Origin: Thermoplasmata archaeon
Lineage (GTDB): Archaea > Thermoplasmatota > Thermoplasmata > UBA10834
Direction of reading: 5' to 3'
NCBI GenBank assembly: GCA_035529455.1
Contig: DATKWQ010000063.1
Coordinates: 1,274-65,273 of the forward strand
Length of the DNA stretch: 64,000 nucleotides
Of the stretch, positions 1-9,161 are shown in pieces (the stretch's first letter is position 1; the number at the start of each line of letters is the position of its first letter). A model generated the notes under the pieces. The model was not told the origin of the DNA. It made no database searches and saw only the letters and a list, made by a program, of their open reading frames with translations. Made by a program: the position numbers and the translations under genes.

Positions 1-9
1 GAGGCGGAT

Positions 10-318
10 ATGGACGAGGAGGAATCGGCACGCTTCCTCAGGGCGCAGATGTCATGGCGCGACTGGGTCATATACGATTTTCTGAGATACTGGTACGCCG
101 CGGGAGCGTTCGCCCTCGTCTGCTTCTTGGCGCTGGGGCTGGCCAACCTACTTGAGCCGGTCGGCACCCTCGAAGTGGTCGCGATAACGCTCGCCCTCGT
201 GGGCATGATAGCCCTTGAGGTGCTCGGATACATGGCCATCTGGCCTGAGGGGATGCACACGAACAGGATATCCGTGAGAAGAGTCGTCCGGAGATGGCGC
301 CGACAACTATTCGGATGA
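10..318 (+). CDS. hypothetical small membrane protein
   Basis: 102-aa ORF with two hydrophobic helices (AAGAFALVCFLALGLANLL; VVAITLALVGMIALEVLGYMAIW) and an Arg-rich tail. No family recognised. Confidence 0.35.
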   Translation: MDEEESARFLRAQMSWRDWVIYDFLRYWYAAGAFALVCFLALGLANLLEPVGTLEVVAITLALVGMIALEVLGYMAIWPEGMHTNRISVRRVVRRWRRQLFG

Positions 319-405
319 GACCTGGAGCAGAAACCTGTTTCTAGGGGTCATTGCCATACCGTCAGCTGCCTGCACAACCCCGGTTGGCAGGAGGAATCGC
401 CCAGA

Positions 406-2055
406 ATGGACCGTTATATCCTGATGCTCATGTTGGGGTTCGCGTACATAGCTGTCGTTCTAGTTGCGTATAGAGCCAAGATGTGGGGCAGCGCCAACGC
501 GTCACTTCACGGTCCAGTGCTGGTCTGGCGCACGCTGAAAGGTAGAGGGATGTTGACCAGGCTCGCCGAGCACAGGCGATTCTGGAAAGTCGCCGGTTGG
601 GGGTGTGTCCTCGTCGTGTTCGCGGCGATGGTGTTCATCACCTCCTTCCTCGTCATCGTCACATTCTTCGCACCCTCAGTGGTCGAGTCCGCAACCGACC
701 CTGCGGTGGTCTCCGGGGCCACGCCCATAATCAACCCCTGGGCGACCCTCATATACGCAATCGCCGCCATCGGCCTGGCCATGTTCGTGCACGAGATGGG
801 ACACGGCATAATGGCCATAGCGAACAGGATACGTGTGGAGTCGATCGGCGTGATGATCTTCACGCTGCCGATCGGGGCGTTCGTCGAGACGAACGACGAC
901 GACATGGAAGCCGCGGGCCCGACCGCCTCGCTCAAGGTGTACTCCGCTGGCCCCGCCGCGAATTTCCTGGTGGCCGTCGTGTTCCTCATCCTATTCCTGG
1001 GCGTCTTCGCGCCTTCTGCAAAGCCGGTCCTTGAGGGGGCGCTCGTGACGGATATAGTGCTCGACTCACCCGCGGACCTTTACGGTATACCGACATGGGC
1101 CCAGGTCGTCTCAGTCGACGGTGTGAGGGTCGAGGACTCTGACGATCTCCAAGCCTCATACGTGAACGACCCTGGAGGGTTCATCACCGTGCAATATCAT
1201 TATAAGTCTGGAGTGAAGGGTGCGGTCCTCCCAGGGGGCGTTGTCGTGTCGGACGTGCCCTCAGGACCGGCATTCAACGCCGGGATCGAGCCCGGCATGA
1301 TCATCAGGAGCCTGAACGACACCATAGTGCACAGCATCGAGGACCTCCGTATCATTACCGAGAACTCGTCACACGAAGTGCCCGTGAACATAACCGTCCT
1401 GAGATACCACGACGACCCCAGCCTCGAACTCGGATGGTTCGTGGAGGACCCCTACATAAGCACCGTCAACCTCACCTCGAAGTGGCAGTTCTACTATGTC
1501 CACTACCAGGATGAGCTTATGGAGGAATACCGCAACCAGAGCAGCCTCGGCGTGGAGTGCGCCATGTTCGGCCTGATCGCCGTCGACTCGGACCAGGTCC
1601 CGAACCTGATCGCGAGGCCTCTCTCAGACGCGTCCGGCGCGGACGGCTATGCAAGGTCTGCCCTTCAGTTCCTGGCGCTGCCGTTCCTTGGATACATGCC
1701 CCTCACTTCCCCCGCCACCGCCCTGTATGAACCTTCTGGGGCGCTGTCGTTCGTCCCCGACGCCGTCTTCTGGTTGTTGCTGAACGCAGTCTACTGGATC
1801 TTCTGGGCCAACCTGATCACCGGGCTGGCCAACACGCTGCCGGCGTACCCGCTGGACGGTGGCGTGATACTCCGGCGGGCTCTGCGCTGGCTCAGGGGGA
1901 AGAACGACAAGAAGCTGACGGGGCTGGAGAAGTACACCACGGACAGATGGTTCACTTCCTGGGAGAGCGACGTGCTCATCGACATGATCGTGGGCATACT
2001 GACCATCGTCACGCTCGTCATGTTCGCCTGGCACATCATCATGCCGTGGACTTGA
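406..2055 (+). CDS. M50 family site-2 metalloprotease with a soluble PDZ-like insert
   Basis: HExxH in a hydrophobic helix (FVHEMGHGIMA). Second M50 motif NTLPAYPLDGG near the C-terminus. Several TM segments flank a ~250-aa soluble insert. Confidence 0.8.
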   Translation: MDRYILMLMLGFAYIAVVLVAYRAKMWGSANASLHGPVLVWRTLKGRGMLTRLAEHRRFWKVAGWGCVLVVFAAMVFITSFLVIVTFFAPSVVESATDPAVVSGATPIINPWATLIYAIAAIGLAMFVHEMGHGIMAIANRIRVESIGVMIFTLPIGAFVETNDDDMEAAGPTASLKVYSAGPAANFLVAVVFLILFLGVFAPSAKPVLEGALVTDIVLDSPADLYGIPTWAQVVSVDGVRVEDSDDLQASYVNDPGGFITVQYHYKSGVKGAVLPGGVVVSDVPSGPAFNAGIEPGMIIRSLNDTIVHSIEDLRIITENSSHEVPVNITVLRYHDDPSLELGWFVEDPYISTVNLTSKWQFYYVHYQDELMEEYRNQSSLGVECAMFGLIAVDSDQVPNLIARPLSDASGADGYARSALQFLALPFLGYMPLTSPATALYEPSGALSFVPDAVFWLLLNAVYWIFWANLITGLANTLPAYPLDGGVILRRALRWLRGKNDKKLTGLEKYTTDRWFTSWESDVLIDMIVGILTIVTLVMFAWHIIMPWT

Positions 2056-2157
2056 TGTGTGTTCTGCACCTCTCAAGACCAGGCGGCCAACGAACGTGTG
2101 CGACCGGGTGCTGTCAGAGCGCAAGGGATAACTATCTTCACCTGGATTACGCCGCGA

Positions 2158-3051
2158 ATGGTCGCGAGGGCGGATCTCCACACGCACACCAAGTATTCTG
2201 GGATGTCCAAGCTCGGATTCATCAGGTTCCCCGATGCTGTCAGCGAACCAAGGGAGGTCATCCGCACAGCTGAGAGGAAGGGGATGGACATAGTCTGCAT
2301 CACGGACCACGACACCGTTCGCGGCGCGCTACTGGCCCAGGCCGAGAAGTCGAAGGTCGAGGTGGTCGTCGGGGAGGAGGTCTCCACGGCCGACGGGGAG
2401 ATAGTCGGCCTCTTCCTGACCGAGAAGGTGCCCCACTCACTATCGGCGGAGGAGACCATCGACCGCATACACGCCCTCGGGGGCGTCGCGATAGCCCCGC
2501 ACCCGTTCAGCGCACACTGCAGCTCGGTCGCGGACAAACTGGGAGAGCTCAAACTCGATGGTGTCGAGGTGTTCAACGCGTTCCACAGGGATGGTTACGC
2601 GAACGACATCGCCCAGAAGATGTGCAAGGACCTGCCACTCGCCAAGACGGGCGGGAGCGACGCCCACGCCCCGATGATGGTCGGCGACGGATACACCACG
2701 TTCGAGGGCACGACTGCTGAGGACCTCAGGCGCGCGATACTGTCGAAGAAGACCGGGTTCGGAGGAACCATGACCAGCTTCCGCGACTTCGTGTGGCTGA
2801 CGACGCTCATGACACTGAAGCTGCAGACGACCATCTGGGCCTCACTCGTGGGCATGGAGATGCCCGACGACACGCGCTGCTCGCGCGAGATCTACGAGGC
2901 GAGGACGATAACACGTCTACTGGCGCTTGCGGGCACCATGGTGTTCCTCGCTCCCCCGGTGACATTGGCTGCAGGAGTGATCGCCGACAAGCTCCACAGG
3001 TCCCGCTCAAGGCTGAGATGGAAGGAGTTGGTCGGGCCTGACGCTGTATAG
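2158..3051 (+). CDS. PHP-domain metal-dependent phosphoesterase with C-terminal membrane anchors
   Basis: PHP motifs ADLHTHTKYSGMS, CITDHDTVRGA, IAPHPF and GGSDAH. Two C-terminal hydrophobic helices. The ORF is open from 2059, but the ATG at 2158 sits directly before the conserved core. Confidence 0.75.
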   Translation: MVARADLHTHTKYSGMSKLGFIRFPDAVSEPREVIRTAERKGMDIVCITDHDTVRGALLAQAEKSKVEVVVGEEVSTADGEIVGLFLTEKVPHSLSAEETIDRIHALGGVAIAPHPFSAHCSSVADKLGELKLDGVEVFNAFHRDGYANDIAQKMCKDLPLAKTGGSDAHAPMMVGDGYTTFEGTTAEDLRRAILSKKTGFGGTMTSFRDFVWLTTLMTLKLQTTIWASLVGMEMPDDTRCSREIYEARTITRLLALAGTMVFLAPPVTLAAGVIADKLHRSRSRLRWKELVGPDAV

Positions 3052-3152
3052 GGAATGATGGCCGGGCGGAGACGAGACCTGACAGGTAAGGGACGATACA
3101 TACCCATTGGATCGACGCTTATCAGGTCACAGGCGAGGACAGAGGCGACATC

Positions 3153-3884
3153 ATGAAACGGAAGATCATCAAGATAGACGAGGAGAAGTGCACGGGATGC
3201 GGCGAATGCGTGATCGCCTGCGCCGAGGGTGCGCTCGCCATAATCGACGGCAAGGCGAAGGTCATAAGCGACGTCTTCTGCGATGGACTTGGCGCGTGCA
3301 TCGGTGAGTGCCCGGAGGGGGCGCTCGAGATCGTCGAGCGCGAGGCGCCGGAGTTCGACGAGAAGGCGGTCAAGGAGCACCTGGCGGGCGCTGACGCCGA
3401 TCACGGCCACGACGTTGCAGAAGGCCATCCCTGCGGATGCCCTTCAGCGACTCCAATGCTTCTCCGAAAAGTACAGCCAGGCGCATTGACCCCACAGGTT
3501 GCGGAGACGGCTGGGAAGCAGTCCGAACTGGTCAACTGGCCGGTTCAGTGGAGGCTCGTGTCGCCGTCAGCGTCGTACCTGAAGAATGCTGACATACTCC
3601 TGGCTGCGGACTGTGCCCCGTTCGCCTTTGCCGACTTTCACAATGAGTTCATGCGCGGGAAGCCAGTTATAATAGGCTGCCCGAAGCTCGAGGAGCAGAG
3701 GGCGTTCCTCGAAAAGCTGGAGCAGGTGTTCTCAGAGGCAAGGCCGAGGTCGGTCAAGGTAGTCATGCTGGAGGTTCCCTGCTGCTCAGGGCTCATGGCG
3801 CTCGCCAAGGAGGCGCTGAAGAGGGCCGGCAGCGAGGCCCCTGTGGATGGCGTCATCATCGGCATCGACGGTAATCTGAAGTGA
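3153..3884 (+). CDS. 4Fe-4S dicluster domain protein
   Basis: Two ferredoxin-type Cys clusters (CTGCGECVIAC; CDGLGACIGECP) plus C-terminal Cys motifs (GCPK, VPCCSGL). Confidence 0.7.
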   Translation: MKRKIIKIDEEKCTGCGECVIACAEGALAIIDGKAKVISDVFCDGLGACIGECPEGALEIVEREAPEFDEKAVKEHLAGADADHGHDVAEGHPCGCPSATPMLLRKVQPGALTPQVAETAGKQSELVNWPVQWRLVSPSASYLKNADILLAADCAPFAFADFHNEFMRGKPVIIGCPKLEEQRAFLEKLEQVFSEARPRSVKVVMLEVPCCSGLMALAKEALKRAGSEAPVDGVIIGIDGNLK

Positions 3885-3957
3885 CTCCCCAGAGTCACCC
3901 GCCGCGACGGCGTCCCGTGGATATGATGAAATAGTATCCTGCCATCGGATAGCCGAT

Positions 3958-4479
3958 ATGCTCCTAGATATCTCCTGGACCAGGAAGGCAATGACACTCA
4001 AGCCGGCTCTACGGGACGAGGTCGACAGGAGGGTCAGACGCCTGTACCCATACTTTCCAGAGATGAAGAGGAAGCTGACAATCGGATTGACGAGGTCGTA
4101 CGACGGTCTCGCGTTTCAGTCGGATGACGGGACCGTGAAACTGATGCTCGACGTCCGCAAGGCCAGGAATGGCGATTACAGAGCCCCAACTTACTGGACT
4201 ATAGCCCATGAGCTCATGCACCTGGCGCAGTTCAACGTCAAGGGTATCCCCAGTGGAGAACGGGCCTGCGACCTCTATGCGCTCGCCCGTCTGCCGCCGA
4301 AGTACATCGACGACTCACCAAGCTACCTCGTCATCCCTGCACGAATCAGGGATCGATGGAACGGGGATTACGCGTCCTTGGCGCACAATCTCGCGAAGAA
4401 GGCTATCCGGAAGCGAGAGACGGGCGTCCGGAACTACATATCCTGGTGGGAAGGCGAGTTCGAGAGTTCAGTGAAGTGA
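3958..4479 (+). CDS. putative HExxH zinc metallopeptidase-like protein (SprT/WLM-like)
   Basis: 173-aa ORF with WTIAHELMHLAQ (HExxH) in its central part. No other motif recognised. Confidence 0.45.
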   Translation: MLLDISWTRKAMTLKPALRDEVDRRVRRLYPYFPEMKRKLTIGLTRSYDGLAFQSDDGTVKLMLDVRKARNGDYRAPTYWTIAHELMHLAQFNVKGIPSGERACDLYALARLPPKYIDDSPSYLVIPARIRDRWNGDYASLAHNLAKKAIRKRETGVRNYISWWEGEFESSVK

Positions 4480-4560
4480 GGCCGCTTACCCTGGCGAGGA
4501 AGCGACATATTGTCCAGTCCAAGAGCATGAGCAGCGCTGAAAGAACAGATGGAAAGCTGT

Positions 4561-4576
4561 GAAAAGGGGTTTTTCC
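4561..4576. terminator. possible bidirectional oligo-T terminator between convergent genes
   Basis: The sequence aaaaggggtttttcc gives a T5 run on the + strand and a T4 run on the - strand. It lies between the stops at 4479 (+) and 4616 (-). Confidence 0.3.
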
Positions 4577-4615
4577 GGTGGACAACGCCACCGAGTCTCA
4601 CTCGCGTCTCAGGGG

Positions 4616-5122
4616 CTACTCGAATTCCTTTCTCGAGACGGCAATAAGTATGAGACCAACCAGCGAGAGGAGGCTGCCTATCATCATCGGCCCGATGATG
4701 AACAATCCCAAGACGCCGCCCACAATGGCGATGCCCCAGTGCTTGCGCATTACCCCGAAGAAGCCTCCGAGCACTACTATCAGCGAAAGTACGATGATTA
4801 TCGTTCCGCAGACAGTCATGATGTCCTCGAGCAGGTCACCGGCGATATCCAAGCCGTACTGGTCGAGTTCGGAGACATCGACCGCAAGCAGCATAGCACC
4901 CATGAACAGGCCCATTACCGCCGTGACAATCAGCAGAGCGCCGCCAATCACCGGGAGGATCGTTTTCTTCTTCTCTACAGGCACCGGGGCTCTGAAATCA
5001 TGGCCACAGTGCTGGCACACGTTCGCGTCCATAGCTATTGAACGGCCACAAGACACACACATTCTGTCAGTACTTCCATCAGCAGATGCCATCAACTGGC
5101 CTCCTAACCGAACCCCGTGCAA
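4616..5122 (-). CDS. zinc-ribbon membrane protein
   Basis: N-terminal CxxC...CxxC (VSCGRSIAMDANVCQHCGHDF) followed by about 4 hydrophobic helices. Confidence 0.55.
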   Translation of the reverse strand: MHGVRLGGQLMASADGSTDRMCVSCGRSIAMDANVCQHCGHDFRAPVPVEKKKTILPVIGGALLIVTAVMGLFMGAMLLAVDVSELDQYGLDIAGDLLEDIMTVCGTIIIVLSLIVVLGGFFGVMRKHWGIAIVGGVLGLFIIGPMMIGSLLSLVGLILIAVSRKEFE

Positions 5123-5205
5123 CCTTGGCTACATCCCTGGGATTCGACCACTATGAAATTGATTCCATAGTTTATATCTTTTTGCGTCAATCAAATACGT
5201 CAATG

Positions 5206-5226
5206 GATGCGAATTCCATTCGCATC
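5206..5226 (-). terminator. hairpin 14 nt downstream of the MttB-family gene stop
   Basis: Perfect 9-bp stem gatgcgaat / attcgcatc with a 3-nt loop, located between the stop at 5240 and the next gene on the minus strand. Confidence 0.3.
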
Positions 5227-5239
5227 GCGCGAACGTCTA

Positions 5240-6685
5240 TCAGAGGACGCGACACGAATCCCTCACGATGGCGGTAATCTCCCTCTCGACATCTCTCTCA
5301 AGGGGTGTCGGAACATGTTCCTTCAGAATTCGTCTGGCGGTCTCGTTCGCCCTCTCGCGCAGCGGGACAAAACCCTCCACCCTTACCCTTTCCGAAGTGC
5401 GTTTGTCAAGGAGCGGGGATACCCGGACCTCCCCCTTTCGGAAGTACTCCATCGTGTGCCTCTGAGTGAGGAAGTTGCCCATTGGCCCCACCGAATCGAT
5501 GACTGCCGTCGCCAACCTGCCCTCGTCAACGCCGATGCCCTCGAGCAATCTGAAGGCGCTCGCGAGTATCTCGTCGTCCACGACCGCCATCTCCATGGAC
5601 GCGGACGTCTCCCACGCTGCGCCTATCCCTGCCAGCGAGTCCGCCCCTGATATGGCGGCCATCACGGCTGTCATCATCCTCTCGATACCCACCTGGACGC
5701 CCCATTCCGGGGCGTCGGTTGTTGACCCTTCGATGTCGGCCATCATGTTGTATCTATGTGCTATCTGGACCGAGGCCACGGAGACAAGCGTCATCTCCGG
5801 CACGCCCCACAAGTTCCTCCCTGACCGCGGGTCCATCATGCTCAACCTCCCAGAGTACAGCATGGGCAGTCCGTCATCGACCGTCTGCATGAGCATTAGG
5901 CCTGCCAGTAGCTCGGCGTTCTGCTGCACTAGGCCGCCGACGAGCGTCACGGGCGCCGTACCGCCGCACATAGGGCACGGGACGAGGTCGAAGGGCATGC
6001 CATGCTCTGCGGCGCGTATCATCACCTCGCAGACGCTCGAATCGTACGTCAACGGACTGCTCGGGGAGCCATATATCGCGAACATCTTTCTTTTCCGGAG
6101 TTCCTCGGCTCCGCCAGCGACGCAGGACCACATCCTAACGAGCGTGTCAACGGTCTCACTGTCGAGCGCATAGCCGGTCATGCATTTGCTCGAGTTCTTG
6201 ATCATGGCCTCGGTCGTCTTGACTATCATGTACCTTGGATCCACATCCGTTGCCATGACCTGGCAGCTGACCATGTGGCACGTGCCCAAAGCGTCCAAAA
6301 GGCGGGTCATCTGTGCAACGTCCTCGAGGGTTGACGGCCTTGTCGTCCCCGTGTCCAGGTCGACGATGTCGGGATTGCCGCCACCGCTGCCTGCGAACAT
6401 GTGCTCGCCGTCCCAGACGATGTCGTTTCCGGGGTCACGGGCGCGGAACTCGTGACGGCGTTGGATCCTGCCAATCGCCTCTTCGACCATCCCTCTGGGG
6501 AACTGGACCACGTCCTTCGACCCAGGCTTGAGGATGGCACCCTCTGCCAGCAGCCGCCTGACCGCATCTTCGCTGTCGAACCGCAAACCTGTGCGCTCGA
6601 GCAGTGTCAGCGTGGCTTCGTGGATCGTGTCTATTTCATCGTTCGAGAGCAACTCGATGGCGAACTGTCTCCTGATGCCTTCCAC
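5240..6685 (-). CDS. MttB-superfamily (trimethylamine methyltransferase-like) corrinoid-dependent methyltransferase, non-pyrrolysine type
   Basis: 481 aa. N-terminus LSNDEIDTIHEATLTLLERTGLRFDSEDAVRRLLAEGA...VQFPRGMVEEAI is typical of the MTTB family. Uninterrupted ORF of full family length with no in-frame TAG. Confidence 0.8.
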   Translation of the reverse strand: MEGIRRQFAIELLSNDEIDTIHEATLTLLERTGLRFDSEDAVRRLLAEGAILKPGSKDVVQFPRGMVEEAIGRIQRRHEFRARDPGNDIVWDGEHMFAGSGGGNPDIVDLDTGTTRPSTLEDVAQMTRLLDALGTCHMVSCQVMATDVDPRYMIVKTTEAMIKNSSKCMTGYALDSETVDTLVRMWSCVAGGAEELRKRKMFAIYGSPSSPLTYDSSVCEVMIRAAEHGMPFDLVPCPMCGGTAPVTLVGGLVQQNAELLAGLMLMQTVDDGLPMLYSGRLSMMDPRSGRNLWGVPEMTLVSVASVQIAHRYNMMADIEGSTTDAPEWGVQVGIERMMTAVMAAISGADSLAGIGAAWETSASMEMAVVDDEILASAFRLLEGIGVDEGRLATAVIDSVGPMGNFLTQRHTMEYFRKGEVRVSPLLDKRTSERVRVEGFVPLRERANETARRILKEHVPTPLERDVEREITAIVRDSCRVL

Positions 6686-6943
6686 TATCTCGTCCCCCTT
6701 TGAACTCTCGACGGTAGCTACGCCCTTCCTACCTCCAAGCGGCCCTGTACTGATCCCATTCCAAATGAAGGTTCGTCACAATCCAAGACGAATCGGGTCT
6801 CCATTTCTGATTCCGCATGCGGAACCGCCGGTCAATGACTGCGGTTCTGACCATCATGACATCGACAATGCAGCGATATGCCCTGAATCATGGAACGCTC
6901 GTTTGACGGGAGCAGAAGACATCAAGCGCGATGTAGAATGTTA

Positions 6944-6994
6944 GCCGCAGTCAATTCGACCATAGTCGCCCTCTGGCCGCAGTCGACAATCGAC
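6944..6994. promoter_or_regulatory. two imperfect direct repeats in the divergent MttB / receiver-kinase intergenic region
   Basis: gccgcagtcaattcgac (6944-6960) and gccgcagtcgacaatcgac (6976-6994) start 32 bp apart, inside a 386-bp non-coding gap. Confidence 0.3.
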
Positions 6995-7071
6995 AAATGG
7001 CAAGAGGGGGGAAAGTATTATGCCATCGCAATCGAATAATAAGTATTGGCTAGAGAAGAGGAGAGGGAGAG

Positions 7072-8154
7072 TTGCAGACGAAGGTGCTTGCTGTAGATGA
7101 CGAATCAGGGTTTCTTGAGCTGGAGCAGGCATATCTTTCGAGATACGATCTGGATGTGACACCCTGCGAATCCCCTCTTGAGGCTGTAAAAGAAGTGAAG
7201 CGCGGCGATTTCGACATAGTCGTGTCGGACTACAAGATGAGAGGACTCAACGGCATTGAACTCCTGAAGATACTGAGAGAGGATGGCAGCGACCTGGGGT
7301 TCATCCTATTCACCGGCAAGGGGAGGGAGGACGTCGCAATCGAGGCTTTGAACGGAGGAGCGGACTACTATATCCAAAAGGGCAAGGACTTGCCATCGCT
7401 GTTCGCCCTCCTGGCGAGAATGATCAATGAGATCCATGAAGCGAAGCTATCGGAGAGGGAACTCGCTGAATCACGGAGCCTGCTCCGAATCGCGAACCAA
7501 AGGATGGACCTCCTGGGGGCCATCACGCGGCATGACATAAGTGGCGAGATCACCATCGCCGACGGGAACATAAGCCTCGCAGAAATGGAAACGGACCCTG
7601 CAAGAATCCGCGAGCATATTTCGAAGGCGAGGAACGCCCTCACGAAGATAATTGGCATCATCGAAGTCGCGAGGACTTATCAGATCAACGGTGCCATGAA
7701 CCTGAAGTGGTCTTCATTGCATTCTGCTTTGGAGCATGCTATCGATTCCGTTGACACCTCAGGCGTGGCTTACACGAACACGGCCCAGGAATGCACCATA
7801 CTAGTGGATCCCCTCCTGGAAATGGTCTGCGCCAACATCTTCTCCAATTCGATAAAGCATGGCGTTCATGTGACCAGCATCAGAGTCAGGAGCGAAGAAC
7901 ACGCAGACGGACTCGATCTGATCATAGAGGACGACGGGATAGGGATAACCTCGGAAGGGAAGAAACGAATATTCGACCTAATCACACCGGCCGGAGTGCC
8001 GCATGGCCTGTCGATCGCGAAGCGGATACTGGAGGCCGAGCAGATTAAGATAGAGGAAACTGGCGTGCCCGGGGAAGGCGCGCGCTTCGTGCTGCATTTC
8101 CCGACCGAGCTGTATCGGTCCGGGAGGAACAACCGAAACCATATCCACCTGTGA
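7072..8154 (+). CDS. hybrid response-regulator receiver / histidine kinase
   Basis: REC domain (VLAVDDE..., DIVVSDYKMRGLNG, ILFTGKG). H-box AITRHDISG. HATPase N-box NIFSNSIKHG, G1 IEDDGIGI, G2 GLSIAKRILE. TTG start. Confidence 0.8.
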   Translation: MQTKVLAVDDESGFLELEQAYLSRYDLDVTPCESPLEAVKEVKRGDFDIVVSDYKMRGLNGIELLKILREDGSDLGFILFTGKGREDVAIEALNGGADYYIQKGKDLPSLFALLARMINEIHEAKLSERELAESRSLLRIANQRMDLLGAITRHDISGEITIADGNISLAEMETDPARIREHISKARNALTKIIGIIEVARTYQINGAMNLKWSSLHSALEHAIDSVDTSGVAYTNTAQECTILVDPLLEMVCANIFSNSIKHGVHVTSIRVRSEEHADGLDLIIEDDGIGITSEGKKRIFDLITPAGVPHGLSIAKRILEAEQIKIEETGVPGEGARFVLHFPTELYRSGRNNRNHIHL

Positions 8155-8173
8155 TTGAAATAAGAGCCAGTCT

Positions 8174-8209
8174 TACTGGCTACGCGTGAGAGCGGGCGCG
8201 AAGGGATTC
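8174..8209. repeat. orphan copy of the tRNA-Arg 3' end plus flank (distal att site)
   Basis: tactggctacgcgtgagagcgggcgcgaagggattc is identical over 36/36 nt to 12140-12175. Confidence 0.85.
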
Positions 8210-8384
8210 ACTCCATAGGGTAGCCAGTGTGTCGGACAGGCAGTTCAATCAGGCCGGATTGAGGCCGGAGCTAAACCTCTTCCCTCTTCATTTCCGATGG
8301 CCGTTCTCATAGCTGCGATGATTCGCCCTCGGAAGCGAGTTATGTGTCCGGCCTCTTCCTCCATGTTCTCCCTCAAGGTCGGTT

Positions 8385-9158
8385 ATGTCTCCGATCCTAA
8401 ATGGCCTTTGCGTGAGGAGTGAGTTGAGTTCGGCGTTAGATTATAAACCCGTGCACGCCCTACAATGTCGGAGAGTGGGTGAGTTGCAGCCAAAGAATGG
8501 GAATGGTGGCAGGCACGCTCTGTACTCTGAGGTGATTTCGCTGCTCGAGTCGGAGAACCGTCCCGAGATCATGAGGTTCGTTCGCTCGAAGCTCGACTCA
8601 GGTGCGGTCGATATTCCCACAATGTACACGGAGTTGCTAGCCCCCTCTTTGAACGACATGACCTGTGGCAATGATCCTGAGACGTGCATATGGCGCGAGC
8701 ATGTGAGGAGCTCTCTGGTGCGGGCCGTTATCGAGACCAGTTACGCCTATGTGTTGGCCGAAGCCGGCCGGAGGGTTATCGCTCCCACTCATGACAAGGC
8801 CCTCGTCGTCTGCCCCACGGAGGAATTCCACGAGATCGGTGCCAGGATGGCTGCGGACTTCTTCACCATCGCGGGGTACGACGTCACGTTCATCGGCGCC
8901 AACACTCCCTGTCAGGTCATAAGGTCGGCTGCAAGGCATGTGAGGCCGAAGTACCTCGCCATCAGCGTCACCAACAGCTACAATCTCTTCAATGCCCGGA
9001 AAGTCATAGCCATGGTCAGGAGCGAACTCGGGTGCGATGTCATTGTCGTGGTGGGAGGGAGCGCGTTCAGAAGGAACCCTGGGTCGGCCAAGGAGGTCGG
9101 TGCTGACATGGAGCTTCACACGTTCGAAGAAGTGCTCCGGCTGAGGGAGAGGGTCTGA
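8385..9158 (+). CDS. stand-alone cobalamin (B12)-binding domain protein (helical cap + Rossmann)
   Basis: His-on B12 motif set: EEFHEIG (ExHxxG), ISVTNS (SxL-like) and VVVGGSAF (GG). An N-terminal helical bundle precedes it. The true start may be the in-frame GTG at 8475, about 30 nt after a gattataaa box. Confidence 0.7.
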   Translation: MSPILNGLCVRSELSSALDYKPVHALQCRRVGELQPKNGNGGRHALYSEVISLLESENRPEIMRFVRSKLDSGAVDIPTMYTELLAPSLNDMTCGNDPETCIWREHVRSSLVRAVIETSYAYVLAEAGRRVIAPTHDKALVVCPTEEFHEIGARMAADFFTIAGYDVTFIGANTPCQVIRSAARHVRPKYLAISVTNSYNLFNARKVIAMVRSELGCDVIVVVGGSAFRRNPGSAKEVGADMELHTFEEVLRLRERV

Positions 9159-9161
9159 TAC

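Noticed and set aside
5240-6685. Possibility of an in-frame amber (pyrrolysine) codon in the MttB-family gene
   Set aside because: The reading frame is uninterrupted over the full family-typical length. No TAG needs to be read through, so this is a non-Pyl member.
8175-8228. 9-bp inverted repeat (actggctac ... gtagccagt) around the orphan att copy
   Set aside because: It is seen at only one of the two repeat copies and is short. It could be chance, so it is not reported as a separate element.
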